Below are positions 7,792 through 15,412 of a stretch of DNA of 32,540 bases, one piece after another (position 1 is the stretch's first letter; every line of letters begins with the position of its first letter). Origin of the DNA: an uncultured virus (IMG/VR IMGVR_UViG_3300007538_000001) (Duplodnaviria > Heunggongvirae > Uroviricota > Caudoviricetes > Crassvirales); IMG/VR virus record IMGVR_UViG_3300007538_000001. The stretch is one strand, 5' to 3'. The position numbers and the translations under genes are program-made. The notes beneath the pieces were generated by a model, which saw only the letters and a list, made by a program, of their open reading frames with translations, was not told the DNA's origin and did no database searches.

Positions 7792-7938
7792 AAACTTAGG
7801 GTTGAGTGATGGCCCTAAAAGATTGTCATTGTAAATGCTTTCACACTTATACACACACGTACATTACTGCACGTAGACAACATATTCACGAGTTACGGTG
7901 CTCGACACCACTACATTAAGAGTTACAATTTTAAGTTT
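7792..7938 (-). ncRNA. Candidate structured RNA with GNRA tetraloops
   Basis: AAACTTA/TAAGTTT and ATTGTAA/TTACAAT stems; TACGTGCA-GTAA-TGTACGTG and GTGT-GAAA-GCAT hairpins; G-U pairs and GNRA loops point to the minus strand. Confidence 0.6.
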
Positions 7939-8018
7939 CATTATGATTTAGCTATTAGTAAGCAACAGTTAAATACTGTTGGTTGTTTTTATTAATTAGT
8001 TTAGCACCCTCTTTCATA

Positions 8019-8159
8019 TTATTCATAATCTGATTCTATTAAAGTTCCTAAAGGAAATATACTAAATGTTCCATATCCTCTTGAATGTGCAATTTTTGTT
8101 GCTTGTGTTTCTGAAGTATATACTCCAATGACATTACCATTATATACTAATTCTACCAT
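8019..8159 (-). CDS. Small hypothetical protein (46 aa)
   Basis: Manual: MVELVYNGNVIGVYTSETQATKIAHSRGY... Confidence 0.55.
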   Translation of the reverse strand: MVELVYNGNVIGVYTSETQATKIAHSRGYGTFSIFPLGTLIESDYE

Positions 8160-8180
8160 AATTGTTTATTATTAAATTAA

Positions 8181-8386
8181 AAACTCTTTGCCCAAATTTC
8201 AGTGGGATGTTGTCTCGGTACTCCTTCACCCAAGTATTGTGGAGTTTTAATGTTTACAACATATTTACAATAAACACAACCACCTGATAATGGTTTATAA
8301 GTCGTCACATTATAAGTTATTTCAGTTATAACAGGGCGTGCTGTCGCAATTCATTTACTTATCGTTTATCTTTAATCAAAGAGTTT
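8181..8386 (-). ncRNA. Candidate ~205-nt multi-hairpin RNA
   Basis: Perfect 10-bp closing stem AAACTCTTTG/CAAAGAGTTT enclosing about six hairpins. Confidence 0.55.
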
Positions 8387-8506
8387 AATTATAATGTTTA
8401 CATTTTATTTCTTTCCAACTTATTCTTTATATATTTTACTAAGAAATATTCCAATGATAATCATTATTATTATTATTATCATGAAAGCATAAAAGTATTC
8501 CATATT

Positions 8507-8677
8507 TTATATAATTTCAGTTACTATGATTTCAACATCATTGATTTTTTCCTTTCTTCTAATTGTATGGTTTGCTTTTTCACAACCAACAAGTATTATA
8601 AATTTACCTTGGTAATAAAATCCTTTAGGAAAAAATTCTTTTCCATCAATTATTGCTTTGAATTTATATTTATTCAT
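8507..8677 (-). CDS. Small hypothetical protein (56 aa)
   Basis: Manual: MNKYKFKAIIDGKEFFPKGFYYQGK... Confidence 0.6.
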   Translation of the reverse strand: MNKYKFKAIIDGKEFFPKGFYYQGKFIILVGCEKANHTIRRKEKINDVEIIVTEII

Positions 8678-8692
8678 AATATTACATTTTAT

Positions 8693-8854
8693 TTAAATTC
8701 TGTTGTTGTCATTTAGTTCATCATTAGTTTTTTCTTTTCTTTTATTTGTAGAGTATTTTCTATTGTCTCTACAATAAGGACATCCACCATTACACCTACA
8801 AGTCTTATCAAATGCTTTAGATTTAGTGTATGGCTTTTTATATGTTCTACTCAT
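8693..8854 (-). CDS. Small basic Cys-rich protein (53 aa)
   Basis: Manual: MSRTYKKPYTKSKAFDKTCRCNGGCPYCRDNRKY... Confidence 0.65.
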   Translation of the reverse strand: MSRTYKKPYTKSKAFDKTCRCNGGCPYCRDNRKYSTNKRKEKTNDELNDNNRI

Positions 8855-8881
8855 GCTGGTGTTTTTTCATTTATCTATTAT

Positions 8882-9058
8882 TTAATGTGACCAATCTTGT
8901 TTATAATTACAATGATTACATATCCAACCATCTTTAGTTGCTACTAATAATCTTCTTTCTTTGTGATTATTTGGGCAAGTATATCCATGAAACCTATCAT
9001 CAGCTTGAAGTTTATTTAATTCATCAACTTGTTCTTTTGTCCAAGGTGCTTTGTTCAT
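8882..9058 (-). CDS. Small Zn-binding protein (58 aa)
   Basis: Manual: MNKAPWTKEQVDELNKLQ...HGYTCPNNH...GWICNHCNYKQDW. Confidence 0.7.
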   Translation of the reverse strand: MNKAPWTKEQVDELNKLQADDRFHGYTCPNNHKERRLLVATKDGWICNHCNYKQDWSH

Positions 9059-9129
9059 TTTAGCTATAATTTAATAAGGTTAGTTAATGTTCGTATTTGA
9101 ATTAGGTGGTGAAAAGAGGGGTTTATGAG

Positions 9130-9399
9130 TTATCCCACGCAACTCAACACTCTTCTCTTAAACTTTTTATTGCTTCTAAACACTCTAACACCAACACACT
9201 CTGAAAACATTTTACTCTGCTCGTGAGTCTTATAACCAAGGCTTTTGTAATAGTCCATGTCTAGTCTTACTTGGCAAGATGGATTATATCCTCCGAAGTT
9301 AGAATGTGTCTTATAAAATACACAAGAATCACAGCTAACTCTACCTAAGGGATTGTCAACAATCTTGTAATCTTCTCCTCTATATGATATATCTTTCAT
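9130..9399 (-). CDS. Small Cys-containing hypothetical protein
   Basis: SCDSCVF...C...C pattern. Confidence 0.7.
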   Translation of the reverse strand: MKDISYRGEDYKIVDNPLGRVSCDSCVFYKTHSNFGGYNPSCQVRLDMDYYKSLGYKTHEQSKMFSECVGVRVFRSNKKFKRRVLSCVG

Positions 9400-9553
9400 T
9401 TAGTTCGTATTTAAATTTTGCGGGAAAGTTCGTATTGCAACTCCGCCGTGCATAAAAAGAGAGGATGTAAAGTTTAGGTTATATTAATCAATGTTTTTAC
9501 ATTGATTAAATTAAATACTGCAACTTGTTGCAAACCTTTTTTCACGCAATAAT

Positions 9554-9582
9554 AAAACCACTCTCAAATTAATGAGAGTGGT
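9554..9582 (-). terminator. Intrinsic terminator
   Basis: ACCACTCTCA-TTAATT-TGAGAGTGGT then TTT, downstream of 9604-10071. Confidence 0.7.
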
Positions 9583-9603
9583 CAATGCTTTTAACCCTTA
9601 CTA

Positions 9604-10071
9604 TTATTCAGGGGTTGCAGAGGATGCCTCTTGGGCAACAGGTGTTGCCACGCCATCTCTATCGCCTGCTAACAAAGTATCTTTAGCCTCAAGGTCAAAG
9701 ACATAGTTAGTGTCACGATAAACAGGTGCACCTAAATGAGTGATTACCTCTCCGTCTGCACCTTTTCTTTTAGGCTCTTGACCCTCATAGAATGGTGTTA
9801 AACTTTCAGTAACAACAACTTTACCCTCAATTGGATAAGGTTTGTCCTCTGCAAGGATTGTTTCCATTTCCTTTGCAGTTTTCTCATCTAACGTGATGAA
9901 AGCACTACGATTGGCAAATGACATAAATCCATTATTGATAACAGGTGCACGTTGGTCAACTCGGATTTTACCGAAAGTTTCGCCTTTACTGTTATCAAAA
10001 TAAGTAACAATTGCACCTGTTACAGGGTGAGCCTTTACAATTGGCTGATTTGAAAGAACATTCTTGCTCAT
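9604..10071 (-). CDS. Beta-rich protein, possibly OB-fold/nucleic-acid binding
   Basis: 155 aa with its own promoter motif and terminator; fold is a guess. Confidence 0.75.
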   Translation of the reverse strand: MSKNVLSNQPIVKAHPVTGAIVTYFDNSKGETFGKIRVDQRAPVINNGFMSFANRSAFITLDEKTAKEMETILAEDKPYPIEGKVVVTESLTPFYEGQEPKRKGADGEVITHLGAPVYRDTNYVFDLEAKDTLLAGDRDGVATPVAQEASSATPE

Positions 10072-10441
10072 GATTTCAAATGATTTTATAAGAGTTTTAA
10101 TAAAGGCACTCCATGAAGCCTAATAGTTAATACTAACTACCAATATATAAAAAGAGTTATCTGTAAAGTTTGGGTTTTTTAAGCATGAGTATTTCATCAT
10201 GCTTATTTATTAAGACGCAATTGCAACTCCTGTTTTCAATTGACTGATACTTAAAGCTTCCTGTAATGAACTAGCCAATATGGCATTTCCATTGATGTAA
10301 TAAAGATTTTTCACGAGTTTACGAGATTTAGTTGTGATAGTTATTATTAACTACCAATGTATAATAAGAGTATATGTGAAGTTTAGGTTTTATTAAAAAT
10401 AGCTAAAGGGAGTGCTGTTGTCACACTCCCAATATGTCTAC

Positions 10442-10687
10442 TTAGTTTACATAACTCCTCTTTTTGTTTACCTTAAACTCATAAGTGTTACACATATATA
10501 TTCCAATCTTGCATACAAAGTATACAGCTAATAAGAATGTTTGTGCTTTAATGTTCCATAACAATGACTCATTACTCCAAGGGCGTATTGGTGTATCATT
10601 GAACATGGTTGTGAATGTAATAATACTCATCATCATAGTTATGAACGTGAGTGATAGCATTGCTGTTACTTGAAAGAATGTTTTCAT
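10442..10687 (-). CDS. Small 2-TM membrane protein
   Basis: Two hydrophobic helices. Confidence 0.65.
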   Translation of the reverse strand: MKTFFQVTAMLSLTFITMMMSIITFTTMFNDTPIRPWSNESLLWNIKAQTFLLAVYFVCKIGIYMCNTYEFKVNKKRSYVN

Positions 10688-10740
10688 AATATAGTTGTTT
10701 TAATTATTAATATACCCAATTGATTTAGTTGAAATAAAAA

Positions 10741-10853
10741 CACCTGCACTACCATAGGAGTTAGACATCATTTACGTAGAACCACAAAGGGCTGATGACT
10801 GTAATTTGGGTTAATTTCGCACAGGCTCTACCACATGTTCTTGAAATTAGGTG
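10741..10853 (-). ncRNA. Candidate structured RNA/leader directly after the outermost early motif
   Basis: CACCT/AGGTG closure followed by a T-run; inner GTAGAGCC/GGTTCTAC helix. Confidence 0.4.
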
Positions 10854-11001
10854 AGCTGTCACAAAGTGATACCCCTATACCCAAAATATAAAAAGAGTGG
10901 GGCTAAAGTTTGGGTTTATCTAGCGTACGACAATCTTTTTTCAAAAAAAAAAAAAAAATTAAAAATAATAAAAACAAAGGGGGTGTATTTTAATAGGGGG
11001 G

Positions 11002-11032
11002 TTGACTTTTACATAAAAATGTTGTATATTAG
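11002..11032 (+). promoter_or_regulatory. Promoter TTGACT-N17-TATATTAG (second copy at 11591-11623, N19)
   Basis: Both copies end 4 nt before an ATG (11037, 11628). Confidence 0.65.
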
Positions 11033-11036
11033 CAGT

Positions 11037-11594
11037 ATGAAGAGAATAATTAGTCCTGTAACAGGAAAGAAAATAAGAGATATAACTGGACAAAGGTTTG
11101 GAATATTGACAGCAATAAAACCTACAATTAAGGTAGGTAGGAATCATAAATGGTTGTGTAAATGTGATTGCGGAAATAAGAAAGAAATATCAGTTAAGCA
11201 ATTAACAAGAACAGATAGAGGTGATAAACCGCCAACAAGGTCATGTGGATGCATTGGTACTAAGCCACTGGAGCACTATGGAGGGTATAAAGGAGTACAT
11301 AAGTCTTATTTTACATCTTTAAAGCATGGAGCTAAAGCCAGGAATATTGAATTTAAAGTAACGATAGAAGAAATTGGAGATTTATTAGAAGCGCAAGAAA
11401 ATAAATGCGCATTATCTGGAGAAGAGATAGAGTTTACATCATATGGCATTAAAACTGCATCACTTGATAGAATAGATTCTAATAAAGGATATACAATTGA
11501 TAATATTCAATGGCTTCATAAAGACGTAAATAGAATGAAACTAAATCTTTGTCAAGAAAGATTTATTGAATTATGTAAAAAGATATCCACTTGA
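11037..11594 (+). CDS. HNH homing endonuclease-like protein
   Basis: DITGQRFGILT...WLCKCDCG...SCGC N-terminal domain; CALSG...SLDRIDSNKGYTIDNIQWLHKDVNRMK nuclease motif. Start reassigned from 10851 to ATG 11037. Confidence 0.85.
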   Translation: MKRIISPVTGKKIRDITGQRFGILTAIKPTIKVGRNHKWLCKCDCGNKKEISVKQLTRTDRGDKPPTRSCGCIGTKPLEHYGGYKGVHKSYFTSLKHGAKARNIEFKVTIEEIGDLLEAQENKCALSGEEIEFTSYGIKTASLDRIDSNKGYTIDNIQWLHKDVNRMKLNLCQERFIELCKKIST

Positions 11595-11627
11595 CTTATA
11601 TATAAAAATATTTCGTATATTAGAGCT

Positions 11628-11843
11628 ATGAAAACTATGAGAGAAGTATTAGAAGCGCATGACTTCAAGTGGGATGACAAGGAAGAGATCTGGGTTAAGA
11701 AGGGAGGATTTGGCAGGAAGTCTACTGTTGATGTAATGTTTAAGAACCTTTTTATCATTCACAAGAATGGCAAGTTAGTCTATGATCATTATATAGATTC
11801 TTTCGGAGAGTTTTCGGAAATAATTAGGAATAATTTCGGATAA
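11628..11843 (+). CDS. Hypothetical protein
   Basis: 71 aa, own promoter, followed by the palindrome AGTTACGG/CCGTAACT. Confidence 0.7.
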   Translation: MKTMREVLEAHDFKWDDKEEIWVKKGGFGRKSTVDVMFKNLFIIHKNGKLVYDHYIDSFGEFSEIIRNNFG

Positions 11844-12164
11844 GTTACGGGTTTACCGTAACTGAAAACATACTTTAGCTATAAAGTTACCGGAATTTCT
11901 GAGAAAAATGAGTTATCTTTACACATGCAAAGAATAAATTTCTCTAAAGTTCTAGGCACAACTGCCTTTGTAGTCTTCGGAATGACAACCCCAACCAACA
12001 TTATGTTTATTCCGAGGACACTTGGGTGGATTATGTGGATAATCCGTATATTTCTTCCATGGACTATCCTTTTTTTCATAAAATTTCTACCAAATTCCAA
12101 AATTTCTTATTTAATTCTTGTGATTTACAAATTTTTTAAGTATCTTTAGATAAAATCTAAAGAG

Positions 12165-12509
12165 ATGGACGAAATAACAACAGCTAATTTCCCTCAGACT
12201 ACAATAACAACTACTGGAGGAAATACTACAACTAATATTATATATGATGAAGCTGGACAGTTTCCTCAACTCCACCAAGTTGGTAGTAGTACTGGACGGA
12301 GAATAGACGCATTCTTATGTCCTTCTGAGCCGGAAGGTATTGGAGCATTAGGTGAGATACATACTGATGATAATGGATACAGATTTGTATATACTAAAGA
12401 AGGTTGGATACAAGTTGTTAATGTAGCTGACCCAGGATTATGGGAACAGTTACACGGAAAAGAAGAGGAGATTACGAAGGGAACTAAAAAGAAATTAAAA
12501 TGTTTTTAA
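12165..12509 (+). CDS. Hypothetical protein
   Basis: 114 aa; TATCTTTA motif upstream. Confidence 0.7.
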   Translation: MDEITTANFPQTTITTTGGNTTTNIIYDEAGQFPQLHQVGSSTGRRIDAFLCPSEPEGIGALGEIHTDDNGYRFVYTKEGWIQVVNVADPGLWEQLHGKEEEITKGTKKKLKCF

Positions 12510-12742
12510 AGGAGAAAGAAGAAAATTTAAGTTTGATGAGTCCTGAAGAATTATTAAAAGCATTAAGAGATGCAGCTTATAAAAAAATGCCATGTCCTAT
12601 GATTCATATTCATGACATGAAGAACTTTACTATCAGGTATAATATTAATCCAGTACAATATTATAACTCTTTAATAACTCAACCGGATAAGGTTTATGCA
12701 AGAAGAAAATTAAGTATAAAAGTAAAGCCTACTTCTCAGTAG
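12500..12742 (+). CDS. Hypothetical protein
   Basis: 80 aa; hairpin AGCCTACT/AGTAGGCT plus T-run overlaps the stop. Confidence 0.65.
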   Translation: MFLKEKEENLSLMSPEELLKALRDAAYKKMPCPMIHIHDMKNFTIRYNINPVQYYNSLITQPDKVYARRKLSIKVKPTSQ

Positions 12743-12852
12743 GCTTTTTTCTTGGTCCATCGTATAGAGGATCATGTTCTATTAAAACTTCCACTCCATT
12801 ATATTCCATCCTAAGAAACTTCTCAGGATCATAACGCATCTCTCTTTTTTTC

Positions 12853-13092
12853 TTAAACTTTAGCTTTTGCATGACTGCATGTGTTTATAGCTTGTTTCTT
12901 AAAGTTAGTTACACTCTGTTCGAAATCAGGCCCGAAAGGTATCTCATGTGTTATAATTGGTAACTCTCCTGAGTCTAATAAAAAGAAAGTAACCCTCCCT
13001 GTATTCGCATCTTCCTCATAATCAGCATGATAGTCACATTTGTAACTCTTTAGTGCGTAATTTAATTTTTTAATTTCTTGATCTAAATCCAT
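12853..13092 (-). CDS. Hypothetical protein (counter-oriented)
   Basis: Likely start MDLDQEIKK at 13092; a 36-aa ORF (about 12729-12839) follows on the same strand. Confidence 0.65.
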   Translation of the reverse strand: MDLDQEIKKLNYALKSYKCDYHADYEEDANTGRVTFFLLDSGELPIITHEIPFGPDFEQSVTNFKKQAINTCSHAKAKV

Positions 13093-13149
13093 TTTTATCT
13101 TGTTTTTACAAATTATTTTTTGTATCTTTATGTAAATATACGAAATAAA

Positions 13150-13317
13150 ATGCTTAAAAAAAAATCTGAGAGAAGTTTTTCTGAACAATTAGAAGAAGCT
13201 AAGGCGTCTGGAGACATGAGAAAGATGTCTGATGTAGCTAGAAGAGCAAGTATAGCTTATAGAAATGAGATGGAAAGATTACGCAAATTAGAAAAGGATG
13301 TGTGTAACAAAAAATAG
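13150..13317 (+). CDS. Small helical protein
   Basis: Likely ATG at 13150 after TATCTTTA. Confidence 0.55.
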   Translation: MLKKKSERSFSEQLEEAKASGDMRKMSDVARRASIAYRNEMERLRKLEKDVCNKK

Positions 13318-13328
13318 TGATACTATTA

Positions 13329-13360
13329 TTTGGAAATAGAACTTTTATATCGTATGTTTG
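13329..13360 (+). promoter_or_regulatory. Consensus Bacteroidota housekeeping promoter
   Basis: TTTG (13329)-N20-TATGTTTG (13353). Confidence 0.75.
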
Positions 13361-13364
13361 CATA

Positions 13365-13640
13365 AATAAACTATCTGGTGTTAGAATTACATCAGCCTAA
13401 AGCTAATAAGTTAAGAATATTATAGGGCGTAGGCGTGTAAGGAGGTTAAAAAGATAGTAACTCGATGGAAACCATTTACATATAATAATAGAGTTGGACT
13501 GGATACGGAACAAGTAGGATCCTTTTGAATTAACAAATGTTATCAGTCCTGGGCAAGAGTAGCACTGCTCTATTGAAATTGTAAAGAAAACTGTTCCAGG
13601 TTCTGAAATACCAACAGGGCCAAGGGATTTTTCTATCTAA
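13365..13640 (+). ncRNA. Candidate ~270-nt structured RNA or 5' leader
   Basis: No ORF; stems ACTATCT/AGATAGT, AACTC/GAGTT, GGACT-GATA/TATC-AGTCC, CTGTT/AACAG. Confidence 0.55.
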
Positions 13641-13666
13641 TATTTAAATTTTAAAAAAAATACATT

Positions 13667-13879
13667 ATGAATAAAATTATTGATTATATTAAAAGTGTTG
13701 TTAGTGTTATAGTTAAATTTACCACTGGACTTGGATTCTATGGCTTAGGCTTAGTTTTAGGTGCATTAGGTGCGTGGATACTATTGGGGTGGAGCCATAT
13801 AGCCGCAGGGTTACTTGGTGCATTCATATTTAAAAACTTTAAGGCTATTGTTGACTACGTTAAAGGCATCAAGCTATAA
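13667..13879 (+). CDS. Small Gly-rich membrane protein
   Basis: Hydrophobic with GxxxG motifs; followed by a terminator. Confidence 0.75.
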   Translation: MNKIIDYIKSVVSVIVKFTTGLGFYGLGLVLGALGAWILLGWSHIAAGLLGAFIFKNFKAIVDYVKGIKL

Positions 13880-13901
13880 ATTGTTTAAATCTATTATGTT
13901 A

Positions 13902-13931
13902 GAATCCTCACAGAAATGTGAGGATTTTTTT
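13902..13931 (+). terminator. Intrinsic terminator
   Basis: AATCCTCACA-GAAA-TGTGAGGATT plus T-run. Confidence 0.85.
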
Positions 13932-13999
13932 GTTTTAATTAGGATTTGTCAATTTTATTTCTTATTTTTACTAAATGAAAGAAGAAAACAACGTACTAA

Positions 14000-14182
14000 C
14001 TGAAACCATTGTGTGATATCAATGCTATTCCTGATGGAATGGACGTACAGAAGTGGTTAGAGATAGCAATGCAAACTGGAGTTTGTCTTATAGACTCTAA
14101 GAAGGGAGTTGTTCCTTTCATGATGCATTCAAGAAGAAAGTTGAAGTTTGAAGTAAAAGATATAAACAATGAATCAAAATAA
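14000..14182 (+). CDS. Small hypothetical protein, uncertain start
   Basis: Manual: LKPLCDINAIPDGMDVQKWLEIAMQTGVCLIDS...SRRKLKFEV...; the upstream ATG at 13975 is out of frame. Confidence 0.5.
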   Translation: MKPLCDINAIPDGMDVQKWLEIAMQTGVCLIDSKKGVVPFMMHSRRKLKFEVKDINNESK

Positions 14183-14507
14183 TAAAAGAAAAAGAATGAC
14201 ATTAAGTATCAAGCCGTCACTTAGACGGGTACTTGATATGGATAATGATACAATACTTGCTCATTATGCTTTGATAGTTCATAAAGCAAGTAGCTTAAGT
14301 TCTACACAAAGAAGATTTTTACAGCAAGTGTTACAAAGTAAGCTTGATCACGGAAGCGTAAAGGATGATGAGGTAGCGAAAGCAGTAGCTGACTTATCTA
14401 ATGCTATACAAAAGCAACTTCAAGAAGAATTATTACAAGAGATAGTTAAAAATGATGAAGAATTAGGATTATACGAAGATGAAAGTAGGGATAGTACAGA
14501 CAAGTAA
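14169..14507 (+). CDS. Hypothetical protein
   Basis: 112-aa ORF in an operon. Confidence 0.75.
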   Translation: MNQNNKRKRMTLSIKPSLRRVLDMDNDTILAHYALIVHKASSLSSTQRRFLQQVLQSKLDHGSVKDDEVAKAVADLSNAIQKQLQEELLQEIVKNDEELGLYEDESRDSTDK

Positions 14508-14718
14508 TATTGAGGGTAAGATCAATGAAGCGTTACACAATGCTCACGATCGTGGAGAATCATCTGTCACATTCATTATACAAGCACATGCTTTACCAAG
14601 AGTGGTATCATTCTTAAAGGACAGAGAAGAAATAAGTGTTCTTGATATACAAGACAAGTCAGTCTTTATGGTTAAGCACATGAGAATAACATTTGAAATA
14701 GTAGATTATTATGTCTAA
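14479..14718 (+). CDS. Hypothetical protein
   Basis: 79-aa ORF in an operon. Confidence 0.7.
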   Translation: MKVGIVQTSNIEGKINEALHNAHDRGESSVTFIIQAHALPRVVSFLKDREEISVLDIQDKSVFMVKHMRITFEIVDYYV

Positions 14719-15043
14719 AGAAAAAATATATTTAAATGGAGTTCCTGTTTACAGATACACTGATATCGAAGAATTAGGACCGTCAGTTAAGTATGTTTTA
14801 TTCGAAGACAATGAAGAGATAGGACATGTGTTGTTTCTTCAGTTGTTCTTAACAAGAGCAGAAGAATATAGAATAGTATTAGACTCAATAAAGAGTGTAA
14901 TCAAAGTAGATGAAAATAGTAAAATAAACGTTAGAAGAATAGAGTATGAGCAAGATAGACGAAGTAGCCAATGGGTTCTCAAACCTAGCCAAGAGCAAAC
15001 TAGGGTTATTATCAAAGGAGACGATGGAGAGAAATCAAGCTAG
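14711..15043 (+). CDS. Hypothetical protein
   Basis: 110 aa; 98-nt overlap with the next ORF. Confidence 0.65.
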   Translation: MSKEKIYLNGVPVYRYTDIEELGPSVKYVLFEDNEEIGHVLFLQLFLTRAEEYRIVLDSIKSVIKVDENSKINVRRIEYEQDRRSSQWVLKPSQEQTRVIIKGDDGEKSS

Positions 15044-15164
15044 AATGGATATATGTAATGAATGTGAATTCAAGACAGCCTTAGGTAGATGTGGAAAATG
15101 TGGCTGTGTATTAACAGCCAAAACAAAATGTGATGAATGTAAATGTCCAATAGATAAATGGTAA
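14946..15164 (+). CDS. Small Cys-rich Zn-binding protein
   Basis: RMDICNECE...CGKCGC...KCPIDKW motif common in phages. Confidence 0.75.
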   Translation: MSKIDEVANGFSNLAKSKLGLLSKETMERNQARMDICNECEFKTALGRCGKCGCVLTAKTKCDECKCPIDKW

Positions 15165-15412
15165 CAGCAGAACAAATTATAATGTTAGGTTTTATGCCTG
15201 ACAGAAGAAATCAAAAAGTAAAACAAAGTGGTTACTCGGTGACAGGAGAAGATAGAGAAGGGAACATCTGTGAATTAAGAATAGTAATGAACTACTATAC
15301 CGGAAGTGTCCAGATTATATATACTGAAGCAACAGAAAGAAAATTAATATACGAAGGTGAAGTCTCATCAATTAACGAACTAGAAGAAAGAATACAAGAT
15401 GGAGAGTATTAA
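15158..15412 (+). CDS. Hypothetical protein
   Basis: 84 aa, overlaps the groEL start. Confidence 0.7.
   Translation: MVTAEQIIMLGFMPDRRNQKVKQSGYSVTGEDREGNICELRIVMNYYTGSVQIIYTEATERKLIYEGEVSSINELEERIQDGEY

Larger units (their letters stand above)
9452..10916 (-). promoter_or_regulatory. Four copies of a bipartite motif AACCYAAACTTYA-N6/7-CTCTTWTTAT (putative early phage promoters)
   Basis: Copies at 9452-9480, 10147-10176, 10361-10389 and 10888-10916, all intergenic and upstream of minus-strand units. Confidence 0.75.

Noticed and set aside
9061..9069. Fourth TAGCTATAA late box
   Set aside because: No TAnnTTTA at the expected distance; it lies in a minus-strand gene leader.
9452..10916. Repeats as a CRISPR or mini-array
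   Set aside because: Spacing is irregular (200-700 nt), genes lie between copies, and the centre of the repeat varies.
10851..11036. N-terminal extension of the HNH ORF in the track
   Set aside because: It crosses the poly-A tract and promoter motifs; the likely start is ATG 11037.
11925..12149. 74-aa hydrophobic ORF after the late-type promoter
   Set aside because: The ATG is well placed but the sequence is unconvincing and an opposite-strand ORF competes; left uncalled.
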